This document shows, in pieces, positions 31,233-40,679 of a stretch of 64,000 nucleotides of DNA (its first letter is position 1; each line of letters opens with the position of its first letter). A program made the position numbers and the translations under genes. Below the pieces are notes generated by a model. The model saw only the letters and a list, made by a program, of their open reading frames with translations. It searched no databases and was not told the origin of the DNA. The DNA comes from Candidatus Marinacidobacterales bacterium (GTDB lineage Bacteria > Acidobacteriota > Vicinamibacteria > Marinacidobacterales > DATDRI01), in the NCBI GenBank assembly GCA_965219415.1, contig OZ244742.1, positions 1,440,001 through 1,504,000 of the forward strand, written 5' to 3'.

Positions 31233-33539
31233 TTGGTAGGCATGGCCTGGCCCGGCATGCCACTCCCGGCGCGCTCGGCCCGACAGAAAGAGCCACTTGA
31301 ATCCTGGACCGGTTTTCGATTGAATCGCAGTGGAGTGCACCGAAAAACTCCAACTCGGCAACCTCATGCGCCGCGCCCCCACTCGGGTCCGGTTCGTCCC
31401 ACGCCGCGGACCAGGCGGGCGCGCGGTTTTTCCGACCGACCGTTTCTTCGCGATCTCTTGCTCGCCTCCGGGATTTTCGCAATCGCGACGGTGGTTCTCA
31501 CCTACCCCCTTGCCATTCACCCAACGAGCTTGGGCCGTTTCGATAATGGAGATGCCCGGCTCAACGCTTGGGCCATGTCGTGGGTTGCGAACCAACTGAT
31601 TCATGATCCCCTACATCTTTTCCAAGCGAACACCTTTTACCCGCTGCCCAACACCCTGGCTTTCTCCGAACATCTTTTCGTTCCCGGCCTCATGACGCTG
31701 CCCCTTCTCCAGGTAACAAACGACCTCGTCCTTTCCTACAACGTCGTTTTCCTGTTTTCGATTTTCCTATCGGCGGTCGGCATGTATGTCCTCACCGTGT
31801 CTCTTACCGGCAGCCGGTTGGCCGGTATCGTGGCTGGACTGCTCTTCTCGTTCGCGCCGTACCGATTCAATCGCCTACCCCATATCCAGATGCAACTCTA
31901 CGCTTTTCTTCCCCTAGCTCTCGCCTGCCTTCACCGCTTTCTCGATACCGGCAAACGCAGTTGGGCGTGGTGCACGGCAGGCTTCTTCTTGCTGCAAGTG
32001 CTTTCGGGTACCTACCTAGCGGCGATGGCGACGGTGGCTCTCTCGATCGCACTGGTCACCATGGCGCCTACCGCCGGAAGAACGCGACAGGAGCTGTCTT
32101 CCCTTGCTCTTGCTCTCGTCGTCGCCGCGTTGTGCATTTACCCTTTTGCGCGTCCCTATTTTTGGGTCAACGACCATCTGGGCGTCGAGTGGGATCTTGC
32201 TGGCATTGGCTCCCTATCCGCGACGCCCGAGAGCTACTTGGCTTCGTCTAGCCGGCTCTATAGGCCGGTCACAGACGGGTTGGTCGATGAAGACAAACGC
32301 CGCGATTTTCTTTTCCCGGGCTTGACGCTGCCCTTGTTAGGGCTTGTCGGGTTGATGGTGCTCGTCGCGCGGCAAGGAAACTTCTCCCGCCCATGGGCGA
32401 CCGCGCTCTGCTTCTTTCTGATCATGGCCGCCGGCGTCCTGCTGTCTTTGGGACCGCTGACACCGGTCTATTCGTTTCTGCACGAGCACCTCGTTTTCTT
32501 TCGTGGACTCCGCGCGCTCACGCGATTCGCCCTGTTGCCCCTTTTGAGCCTCAGTGTCCTCGCAGGCTTCGCGCTCGCGTGGCTCTTCGAAGGAAACGGC
32601 CGGTTGCGCAATCGACGGTGGGCGGCAGCAGCCATCGCCATCTTCTTCGTCGCCGAATCCACCGCATTGCCGTACTCGCTGGAAACTTTCCACGATGAGC
32701 CTCCCGAGGTGTACCTCTGGCTGGAGGAGGAGGCGGAACCCGGCCCGATCGTGGAGCTACCGTTTCTGGTTCTAGACACCCGGTACATGTTCTGGGCGCG
32801 ACATCATGGTTTCCGACCCATGTTGAACGGAGACAGCGGCTTTGTTCCTCCCTCCCATCGTTGGATGAAGAATCTGTTCTTGCGCTTTCCTTCGCCGGAC
32901 TCGATCACGTTGCTACAAGAACTCGGCGTGCGGTACGTGATTCTTCATCTGGGAGCCTACCGGGATCGGGCCCTCATCCGTTTGCTCAACGGACTGGAGC
33001 GACACCGCGCGGAGCTCTTGAAGATCCGAGACTTCGGCCGCGACATGGTGGTGGAAGTGATTCCACCTAAAACCAACATAGGTCCGCCCCCGCCCCACAT
33101 GGTTCTTTCCGCCATCGGTCCGCCAACTCGGGTAGTCCCGGATCCCGACGAGCCGCTGGTGGAGTTCGTGTTGTCGCTTTCGTCCGCACAACGAGTGACG
33201 GGAGTTCGTTTGCACTACGGTCGGGTGCCTCTTTCGCCGGTGACTCACGTCGAGCTTCAGCTCCCCGCTTTGGAAGAAGACGTCGGAGGGGAGGTCCGTT
33301 GGGAGCAGGCATGGGCAAGCCCCGAGGACTGGCCGGCGTTGACCGAGTTGGTACAGGGACTACTCGAGCACCCCCGCCACGGCTCGCAATACGTAGAATT
33401 CCGAACCGCTGATCCCTCTGATTCGCCTCATTCTTTGGATGAGTTCGTAACCGACCGTCTGAGGCTGCGGCTGACCGGCTACGACGGTCCCCCCGATGTC
33501 ACGAGGATCGAAATGTTAGGAATCTCAGGGGCGCGCTGA
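31233..33539 (+). CDS. Polytopic membrane protein, GT-C/YfhO-like glycosyltransferase
   Basis: DARLNAW, FQANTFYP..NTLAFSEH, about 12 TM helices, GPIVELP...NGDSGF...LGVRYVILH C-terminal domain; true start probably downstream of 31233. Confidence 0.65.
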   Translation: MVGMAWPGMPLPARSARQKEPLESWTGFRLNRSGVHRKTPTRQPHAPRPHSGPVRPTPRTRRARGFSDRPFLRDLLLASGIFAIATVVLTYPLAIHPTSLGRFDNGDARLNAWAMSWVANQLIHDPLHLFQANTFYPLPNTLAFSEHLFVPGLMTLPLLQVTNDLVLSYNVVFLFSIFLSAVGMYVLTVSLTGSRLAGIVAGLLFSFAPYRFNRLPHIQMQLYAFLPLALACLHRFLDTGKRSWAWCTAGFFLLQVLSGTYLAAMATVALSIALVTMAPTAGRTRQELSSLALALVVAALCIYPFARPYFWVNDHLGVEWDLAGIGSLSATPESYLASSSRLYRPVTDGLVDEDKRRDFLFPGLTLPLLGLVGLMVLVARQGNFSRPWATALCFFLIMAAGVLLSLGPLTPVYSFLHEHLVFFRGLRALTRFALLPLLSLSVLAGFALAWLFEGNGRLRNRRWAAAAIAIFFVAESTALPYSLETFHDEPPEVYLWLEEEAEPGPIVELPFLVLDTRYMFWARHHGFRPMLNGDSGFVPPSHRWMKNLFLRFPSPDSITLLQELGVRYVILHLGAYRDRALIRLLNGLERHRAELLKIRDFGRDMVVEVIPPKTNIGPPPPHMVLSAIGPPTRVVPDPDEPLVEFVLSLSSAQRVTGVRLHYGRVPLSPVTHVELQLPALEEDVGGEVRWEQAWASPEDWPALTELVQGLLEHPRHGSQYVEFRTADPSDSPHSLDEFVTDRLRLRLTGYDGPPDVTRIEMLGISGAR

Positions 33540-33583
33540 GGCCTTACCGCCGGTTCACCTATCCTTCAGGAATCGACGCCCTC

Positions 33584-34420
33584 TCACTGGCCAAATATCT
33601 CATTGAAGAAGCTCTGCATTTCCTTCCAAGACATGGTGTCGGCGACCTCGTTGTAAGCGAGGGGAAGACCGAATTCGCTCCCGTACTGGTCGGCGTCCGG
33701 GTTGGTGAAACTGTGGACCGCGCCCTCGTATTCGTGGAAACGATAGTCGACCCCGACCTCCTCCATCTCTGCCTTGAATGCATCGACCTGTTCCGGGGGA
33801 ACGAGCGGATCATCGCCACCATGACACACCAGCACTTTGCCCTTCACCGAACCAGGTTCGGCTTTATGGTGCGAGGATAGATCGCCGTGGAAACTCACCA
33901 CGCCGTCGAGATCCGTGCCGACACGGGCCATATGGAGCACCACTCCGCCGCCAAAGCAGTAGCCGATAGCCGCAATACGATCCGGATCGGTCGACTCTTG
34001 ATTCTTGAGAAGCTCGAGCGCGGCGCGGAAGCGGCCTTCCGCCACATCGATGTTCTGAACCAACTCGCCCGCGAACTTGCCGGCGTCGTCAGGATGATCC
34101 GCCTGTTTCCCATCGCCATACATGTCGACCGCCAGGGCGGTGTAGCCGAGCTCCGCCAACATGCGCGCTCTTTCGCGCGCGTATTCATTGTGACCCCACC
34201 ATTCGTGAACGACGAGGACTCCCGGCCGTTTCCCTTTAACATTCTCGTCGTACGCCAGATAGCCCTTGAGCGTAACGCCGTCGGCCGAGTAGTCCACTTC
34301 TTCAGTGTGCGTCACGGACGACGGAATTTCGGTGGCGGGAGGCGCCGGCTCGACCTCCGCGCCGCGATCGGTGCAAGAAAGAGACACTAGTAGCAAAAAT
34401 AGGAAGCTCACTGGTTTCAA
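33584..34420 (-). CDS. Dienelactone hydrolase family lipoprotein
   Basis: HEWWG, GYCFGG, SFHG and HSFTNP motifs; TTG start after GGAGG; lipobox-like SLS-C. Confidence 0.9.
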   Translation of the reverse strand: MKPVSFLFLLLVSLSCTDRGAEVEPAPPATEIPSSVTHTEEVDYSADGVTLKGYLAYDENVKGKRPGVLVVHEWWGHNEYARERARMLAELGYTALAVDMYGDGKQADHPDDAGKFAGELVQNIDVAEGRFRAALELLKNQESTDPDRIAAIGYCFGGGVVLHMARVGTDLDGVVSFHGDLSSHHKAEPGSVKGKVLVCHGGDDPLVPPEQVDAFKAEMEEVGVDYRFHEYEGAVHSFTNPDADQYGSEFGLPLAYNEVADTMSWKEMQSFFNEIFGQ

Positions 34421-34455
34421 ATTACCCTCCGATAGCAGGTCAACCATCCTCGCGG

Positions 34456-35466
34456 CTACGATGAAACGTGCGGGGCCTGCCGATCCCAGCTAAAAACCGG
34501 GAATCGGAGCACGGTCCGAAAGCCCATTGATTCGTAGAGCGAGACGGCCCTCTCGTTGGTGTCACTCACCATGAGAGAGACGGTGAGGTAGCCGGCTCGG
34601 GTCAAGGCATCGATTGCGCGACCGAGAAGGAGTTTGCCCAAACCCAAACCCTGAGCGGACGGACTAACCGCGACCTGCGCAAAATGGGCGTGTCGAGGCG
34701 AAATTTCAGTCGCCACGATGAATCCAGAAAGCATTCTGGACTCCGGACGTTGAGCGACCGACGAGGCCATCGGAATCGGTTCTCCACATCCCTGCAGTTG
34801 AACAATGTTTTCCAGCAAGGTGCGGCACCCCTCTGGCTTTCGGTACAGCTCGTTCATCTCGGCGTCCACCCTCCCGTCATGTGCTTGCTGCATCAGCAAG
34901 GCGGCGCGCGACAGGTAAGAGGAGCTCCAAGGCTTGAACTCGAACAAATGACTACCGGAAGAGCTCGAGACGCTAGCCTGAAGTTCGCGGCGTAGGAACG
35001 CTCGGTCATGCGCTCGAAACCCTTCAGCCAAAAACGCGTCTCGCAACCAAGGAAGGCCGAAGGGTATGAACTGACTTTCGACGCGTGTGACCGCGCCCTC
35101 CGCCTGCACAGCCTTTACAGATTGCACCGACGCAATGAGACTCGCAGCGAGCGGAAGTCCTATCGTTGGAACTCTCGCGTCAGGTGCAAGCATGAAACTT
35201 CCTAGCACCGCCCGTTTGCCATCCACGATGTAGTACCCGCAGCCAACGACCTCGTCCCCGACTCGAATGGCTCTTCCAGCAAGGCTCCGTCTCTTCACGG
35301 CGTCCCGGACGACTGAAATGGCGGGCGTGGTGTCCCACAAGAGCTCACTTTGCCAGAATCTTCTCTCCTCGGCCCACAGACTCTCGAGGTGCGCGGGGCG
35401 CAATCCGACCAAATCGACGATCTCAGCCAGCGAAGTTTCGGTGGTAGTAAGGAAGGGGCCGGCCAT
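34456..35466 (-). CDS. GNAT family N-acetyltransferase (tandem domain)
   Basis: VAVSPSAQGLGLGKLLL acetyl-CoA motif and NERAVSLYESMGF. Confidence 0.85.
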   Translation of the reverse strand: MAGPFLTTTETSLAEIVDLVGLRPAHLESLWAEERRFWQSELLWDTTPAISVVRDAVKRRSLAGRAIRVGDEVVGCGYYIVDGKRAVLGSFMLAPDARVPTIGLPLAASLIASVQSVKAVQAEGAVTRVESQFIPFGLPWLRDAFLAEGFRAHDRAFLRRELQASVSSSSGSHLFEFKPWSSSYLSRAALLMQQAHDGRVDAEMNELYRKPEGCRTLLENIVQLQGCGEPIPMASSVAQRPESRMLSGFIVATEISPRHAHFAQVAVSPSAQGLGLGKLLLGRAIDALTRAGYLTVSLMVSDTNERAVSLYESMGFRTVLRFPVFSWDRQAPHVSS

Positions 35467-35584
35467 TGTGCAAGAACCTGAACGATTCTAACAGAGTCTC
35501 GAGGTAAGGCGGCAAGTCCTTGTTTCGTCGTTTTTGACAATCTGGCGGAATCGAAGGATCTTTGGTTCGGAGGTTGGATTGGAC

Positions 35585-36469
35585 ATGACCGCTTCTCGGA
35601 AGAGCGCACCTTTGACTTTCGTCTTATTGATGAGCATCGGCTATTCGGTCACACCGCCGCCGCTCCTCGCCGCCTTACCCCTCGCCTCCCCAACTGCGCA
35701 GGCGACGATCCCGGCCAGAACCTTCACCGGCCCGGACGGGAACCCCCTGCCCTTCGAGAACGACGACGAGATGATGAAATTTCTCAAAACAGCCAAGGTG
35801 ACGAAACGGTCTGACATTGGTACAGGGATCAATCGCTTCAAGAAATTGACGCTTAAGAAGGACGGCGTGCAAGCGCATGCGATCTTCCGTGATGCCGACG
35901 TGACGGAGCACAACATCCGGGTAGGAGATCGGCGCTACCGCGTTTTCCGCGACAGCTACCTCTTCGAATGCGCCTCTTACGATCTGGGCCAGTTGCTCGG
36001 AATTACCAAGATACCGCCGGTCGTGCTGCGGCGCCTCGGTCGGACCGAGGGCAGCCTCCAGCTATGGATCGAAGACGTTCGAGACGAAAAACACGAGGCC
36101 TTCGCGCCACCGTCCGCCCTCGCTTGGGCGCGGCAGGTCCAAGAAATGCGCTTGTTCGATAACCTCATCTTCAACGTGGATCGGAACCCGGGAAACATCC
36201 TCGTGACTCACGACTACACGTTGATCTTGATCGATCAAACGCGAGGATTTCAAGAGGTCGCCGCTCTTCTCGAACCAGAGGGCGTCTCTCACGTGAAACG
36301 GGCGACCTGGGACAAGCTACAGAGTGTCTCCGAATCGGAGCTCCGCGACGTGGTCAGACCGTACCTGACCGTTGGGGAGCTCAACGCGCTAGTTGCGCGG
36401 TGGAAGCTGATGGTTCAGCGTTTCGAAGAGTTGATAGAGAACCGGAGCGAGGAGCTCGTCGTCTATTAG
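35585..36469 (+). CDS. Exported PI3/4-kinase/HipA-like fold protein
   Basis: Signal peptide; GSLQLW hinge, FDNLIFNVDRNPGN catalytic-loop-like motif, LIDQ. Confidence 0.6.
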   Translation: MTASRKSAPLTFVLLMSIGYSVTPPPLLAALPLASPTAQATIPARTFTGPDGNPLPFENDDEMMKFLKTAKVTKRSDIGTGINRFKKLTLKKDGVQAHAIFRDADVTEHNIRVGDRRYRVFRDSYLFECASYDLGQLLGITKIPPVVLRRLGRTEGSLQLWIEDVRDEKHEAFAPPSALAWARQVQEMRLFDNLIFNVDRNPGNILVTHDYTLILIDQTRGFQEVAALLEPEGVSHVKRATWDKLQSVSESELRDVVRPYLTVGELNALVARWKLMVQRFEELIENRSEELVVY

Positions 36470-36516
36470 CTTGGCATTAGCCAGGCATCAGGCAGGCACT
36501 AAGCAAACGCGTCGGG

Positions 36517-37524
36517 CTACGGTGAGAAAACCAAGCGAACGAGCGGGAATCCCGCTGTACGAACGAAGCGGATCTTGCCGCGATTGCGATAGAAAAGAAC
36601 CCCCTCCACACCGAATCGCCTCCACAGGTCGAGCGCACCGTCCGGCCCTACAACAAAACCGGCGGTCGACAAAGCATCGACCGTCATCGCTTCTCCTAGG
36701 TTGCCGACAACGGTCGCCGACACGGAATCCTTCACCGGCCATCCGGTACGTGGGTCGATGATGTGTGACAACCAGACGCCATCCTCCTCGAACCCTTGCT
36801 CGTCGCCTGCCGATGTCGAAACGCAACCTTCTTCGATCTGGAGCTTGACGCGGGGGGCGTTTCGAGGGAAGAATATCGCCCCGGTCGGCGCATAGCCAAA
36901 AAGAGCAACGCTGCTCTCCCCGAGGTCGACCATCGCCCGTTGAGCCCCGGCCGCCCTGAGGTTGGCGAGCGCCTTGTCCACCGCGTATCCCTTGGTGAGT
37001 CCTCCCAAATCGATCTCAACTCCATCCGCCGCGAGCTCGACCGATGACGTAGTCGGATCGAGGCGAATCTGCCGAAACCCCACCCGAGTGTGAGCGTTTG
37101 CGAGCATGATCCGCGCCGGAACCTCACCCCCTCCACGATAAAAGCCCCACATCCTTACGACGGAACCAATGGTGGGATCGAAGGCGCCGCCCGATCGATT
37201 CGCGACACGAATCGCCTCGCTCAGGACGTCGTAGGTCGAATCAGAAAGCGGAAAGGGAGTATTGGAGGGCTCCCGGTTCAACCGATTCAACTCACTGTCC
37301 TCGCGGTAGAGGCTCATGAGTCGGTCGACCGATTCTAGCTCTCTGTAGGCGAGGGCGATGGCCGCATCCAGCGCGGGCTCCTCGAGTCCGCATGCCTCGA
37401 TGCGCGCAACCGTGCCCATGACGTAGAAAGCCTGCTCGCGGCATTGGGGCGGGTCGGGGGGTGGGTCGAGCGACGGGTTGGCCGCGATCGCCCCGACCAT
37501 CGCAAGCCAGGAAACAATCGACAC
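36517..37524 (-). CDS. apbE: FAD:protein FMN transferase (flavinyl transferase)
   Basis: VMGT, GAFDPT, DLGGLTKGYAVD, HIIDPRTG and DALSTA motifs; N-terminal signal. Confidence 0.92.
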   Translation of the reverse strand: MSIVSWLAMVGAIAANPSLDPPPDPPQCREQAFYVMGTVARIEACGLEEPALDAAIALAYRELESVDRLMSLYREDSELNRLNREPSNTPFPLSDSTYDVLSEAIRVANRSGGAFDPTIGSVVRMWGFYRGGGEVPARIMLANAHTRVGFRQIRLDPTTSSVELAADGVEIDLGGLTKGYAVDKALANLRAAGAQRAMVDLGESSVALFGYAPTGAIFFPRNAPRVKLQIEEGCVSTSAGDEQGFEEDGVWLSHIIDPRTGWPVKDSVSATVVGNLGEAMTVDALSTAGFVVGPDGALDLWRRFGVEGVLFYRNRGKIRFVRTAGFPLVRLVFSP

Positions 37525-37546
37525 GTGCGCGCCTATCGCGACCGAA

Positions 37547-38131
37547 CTAACGGGAAGGGTCTTTCGTTCCGACCGAAACGAGGCGATCCTCGGCGCCGGT
37601 TTTCTTAGGTATCAAAATCTCGCGAGTCATTGCCCGCCCGTTGTGTCCGTTGGGAGGCGAGCCACTCCAGAGATTCCATGCGACGACAACGAGGAGCGTG
37701 CCGAGCAGTGCCTCGAGAGCAAAGAACCCCACGATCTTGACCGGAGCAAGAGAGGGGCCGACGAATCGCACCAGCCAACCTCCCGACTCAGAGGCAATCG
37801 CCGCACCGAAGGTGGCCCAAACGAAAAAGAGCTTCAGACCCTTTCCAAAAGGCGAAAAGATCACCAAGTGCGTCAACACGAGCAGCACCATCGCCATCAT
37901 GGCGAGGTGAGCGTGGGTGACTTCGAGCATCGACCCCATGGTTCGCGGCGGTAGGAACTCCTCCTCCGAACCATTGTAATAACTGACGACGGATTCCGGA
38001 CTCAGTCCCATTTTCGATAAGTATAGAACGAGGTTCGTTACCCAAAACCCCACAAGCAACAGCAACGTCAGCCCGATGGTCAATCGCATCAAAGGGTGGT
38101 TTTGGAAACCGCCGGATTCCATGTATTTCAC
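37547..38131 (-). CDS. Four-TM membrane protein with His-rich helix (candidate cytochrome b-like)
   Basis: Four hydrophobic segments; LEVTHAHLAMMAMVLLVLTHL; GTGA overlap with the FMN-binding gene. Confidence 0.6.
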   Translation of the reverse strand: MKYMESGGFQNHPLMRLTIGLTLLLLVGFWVTNLVLYLSKMGLSPESVVSYYNGSEEEFLPPRTMGSMLEVTHAHLAMMAMVLLVLTHLVIFSPFGKGLKLFFVWATFGAAIASESGGWLVRFVGPSLAPVKIVGFFALEALLGTLLVVVAWNLWSGSPPNGHNGRAMTREILIPKKTGAEDRLVSVGTKDPSR

Positions 38132-38694
38132 GACCCGCCCTCTCCTCCGAGAACTGTGTAAAGGGCCAGCGCACGACGGACGCTTGCCGCCAGAGCTCTC
38201 ACCGTCAGTGTGGCACCAGTGACCCGCACGAGATGGCGTCCCACGATCATGTCATCGGTCAATTCCTGATCATTCATTCGGTCCAGCCAACTCTGCCTAA
38301 CCTTGTAGTCCTCCGGTTCGTAAAACGCGAGAATCTCCACTCGACGCACCGTACCGTCTGGCTTCACCAAGACCATGACCGTCTCCGTGGTGGTGCGCAC
38401 GACGTGGGTGTCGAAGAATGCGGCTCCCGCGGGTCGGCCGTCTTCATCGACTCCGACGTAGTAGTGGACGATCTTGGAATCGAGCCGCGCTCGTGCCAAG
38501 CCTTCGATCTCCTTCGCCTGCTCGTCGGTGAGAAAAACGGACTTCCGTTCGATCGCTCCACCTGGAAACGCCTCCGCCAAAGCCTGCTTCTGCGTCTTAT
38601 AGAGACCACCTCGGAGCTCACCGGGAAGAATGGAAACGATCGCTGCCAATCCCCAGACGAGTCGCGTCTGACGCCAATCCCCGAATCGTTGCAT
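38128..38694 (-). CDS. Exported FMN-binding (flavinylation substrate) protein
   Basis: Signal peptide; VEILAFYEPEDY; VTGATLT matches the [S/T]GA[S/T] flavinylation motif. Confidence 0.8.
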   Translation of the reverse strand: MQRFGDWRQTRLVWGLAAIVSILPGELRGGLYKTQKQALAEAFPGGAIERKSVFLTDEQAKEIEGLARARLDSKIVHYYVGVDEDGRPAGAAFFDTHVVRTTTETVMVLVKPDGTVRRVEILAFYEPEDYKVRQSWLDRMNDQELTDDMIVGRHLVRVTGATLTVRALAASVRRALALYTVLGGEGGS

Positions 38695-38705
38695 TGCGTT
38701 CGACC

Positions 38706-40106
38706 CTAGAATTGATAACCGATTCCGAAGTTCCACTGGTTGGTTCCGGTGCCGGCTCGATTGCGGAAATTCTGGAAATCGAGCTTCAGCACGATGCTGT
38801 AGATCGGTTCCACCTCGAAGCCGAACGTGGTAACGGCTCGGTCGTTTACAGGGTTCCTAAGAAACCCGCCGGGCACCTCCGCTTGTGTGTCGAAGTCCTC
38901 GTAGCGAATGAACGGCGTCAGCGCCCAGGCCGCCCCGGTGTTTCCGAGACCAACGAATTCGTAAGCCCCCTCCAGATACCATCCCCGGAGCTCGGAGCCG
39001 ATCGACGAGGCACCGGTAAGGCCGAGGCTCTGGTTGATGAGCGCCGCTTCGCCGATCGTTCCCATCACGTAGAGTCCTCGGAGCTGTAGCCCCCGGTAGT
39101 TGTACTGACCATGGACATCGAACAGGCTGACCCGCCCGCCAATTGCGCTTCCAGTCAGCAACGTCTCTCCTTGACCCGAGTCACCGACGAAAAAGCTGCC
39201 GCCCACCAGAAAGCCGGGATAGCCGGTGAGATCCAGGCGGCCAGTCCAGCCGAAGTCCTGGGCGATGGATTTCGAGCCCTTTTGCCGACCGCCGCGAAGC
39301 CCGGAGCTGGGAGAGAAACCAGTGCTCGTCAGACCGACGACCACATAGGAGCGATAGGTGAAGGGACCTATGTCACCGAAAATGCCCCCTCCGTTCTCTC
39401 GCCAGGTGGTCGGAATGATGACCCTTTCCACCTGGGGCCGGGTGACTCCGTAGAAGACGGTCGGCTCGTGGAGCTCATTGAGAAAACCCACCGGTATCAA
39501 GACCATCCCGCCGCGAAAATTGAGCTGCGGACGATAGAGGAAGTCGAGGTATGCGAACTCCACCGAGACGACGCCCGACTTGTCGGTAGAGGCATGCTCG
39601 AATTCGATCTCCGAGTTGAAGAGGAATTGATCGTTCCACTTGTAGCCCAGGTAAACGATCGCCCTCAAGAAATCGAACTCATTCAGTGCACCGGAAGCCG
39701 ATCCGTCGTCGCTGTCCGTGGCCGGATTCTGAAAGATGGCCTCACCGTACCCACCGATGGAAGCGCCTCGTTCTACTCCATATATCTTGGAGGCAGATGG
39801 CGCCAAACCATATTGACCCCTTTGGCCCCTTTGACCCTTGCCGGGCTCCTGCTCCTCTTCCGCCACGGCTCCCAACTTCAGCCTCTCGATTTCTTCGCTC
39901 AGGAGTCGGATCTGCCGCTCGAGCTCCGCGAGGCGCTCCTCTTGGGACGGTGGATCCTTCTTCTCTTCCTTCTCTTCCTCTTCTGCCTTCTCGATGGTGA
40001 TGGCCGAGGCGGCCTCTGCCCAAGTGAGCAGGGCGAGTGCGCCCGAAAGAAGAGCGATCCCGAAAACCCTGCGAGTTCTCGGCGGTGTCACACTCTGGGG
40101 TGTCAT
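38706..40106 (-). CDS. Outer-membrane beta-barrel porin with N-terminal coiled coil
   Basis: Signal peptide, ERLAELERQIRLLSEEIERLK coiled coil, IGGYGE...FNSEIEFEHA, amphipathic strands, C-terminal GIGYQF. Confidence 0.8.
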   Translation of the reverse strand: MTPQSVTPPRTRRVFGIALLSGALALLTWAEAASAITIEKAEEEEKEEKKDPPSQEERLAELERQIRLLSEEIERLKLGAVAEEEQEPGKGQRGQRGQYGLAPSASKIYGVERGASIGGYGEAIFQNPATDSDDGSASGALNEFDFLRAIVYLGYKWNDQFLFNSEIEFEHASTDKSGVVSVEFAYLDFLYRPQLNFRGGMVLIPVGFLNELHEPTVFYGVTRPQVERVIIPTTWRENGGGIFGDIGPFTYRSYVVVGLTSTGFSPSSGLRGGRQKGSKSIAQDFGWTGRLDLTGYPGFLVGGSFFVGDSGQGETLLTGSAIGGRVSLFDVHGQYNYRGLQLRGLYVMGTIGEAALINQSLGLTGASSIGSELRGWYLEGAYEFVGLGNTGAAWALTPFIRYEDFDTQAEVPGGFLRNPVNDRAVTTFGFEVEPIYSIVLKLDFQNFRNRAGTGTNQWNFGIGYQF

Positions 40107-40154
40107 GACTCTACCTCCACCGTTGTCTCTTCACGCCGCGGGCCCTTGGGGAAA

Positions 40155-40679
40155 CTAGTGCGAACGGGTGGACGCGTTTTTAACGCCGACCTTGGTCTTA
40201 CGACGGCTACTCTTTTTCTTCGAGCGCCGCTGATTGCACTTTTGGCAAACACCGAATATCTGATGCCGGTGCGAGTCGATGGTGAATCCGTAGGCCTCGG
40301 CAATTTCGTCCTGGAGCGTCTCGATCTCCTGACTCACGAACTCGATGATCGTGCCGCACTCGATGCAGATCATGTGATCGTGATGTGCATGTTTGTAGTG
40401 ATGCTCGAAACGAGTCAGCCCGTCTCGGAGCTCGATCGATTCCGCCAACTGCGCGTCACACAGAAGCTTCAGGGTTCGATAGATTGTGGTGCGACCGATC
40501 TCGCGGTGCTTGCGATGGATAACTCGATGGAGATCGTCGACCGTCATGTGGCCTCCGGTCTCCAAGAAGTACTGGAGGATCACTTCCCGCTGACGGGAGT
40601 GCTTCAGCCCATTGTTTGCGAGATACTCTTCGAGGACACGGAACTCTTCTCGACCGTGGGAGGACTTACTCGGTGTCAT
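40155..40679 (-). CDS. fur: Ferric uptake regulator family protein
   Basis: GLKHSRQRE, IGRTTIYRTL, HHDHMICIECG and GVCQKC motifs. Confidence 0.92.
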   Translation of the reverse strand: MTPSKSSHGREEFRVLEEYLANNGLKHSRQREVILQYFLETGGHMTVDDLHRVIHRKHREIGRTTIYRTLKLLCDAQLAESIELRDGLTRFEHHYKHAHHDHMICIECGTIIEFVSQEIETLQDEIAEAYGFTIDSHRHQIFGVCQKCNQRRSKKKSSRRKTKVGVKNASTRSH

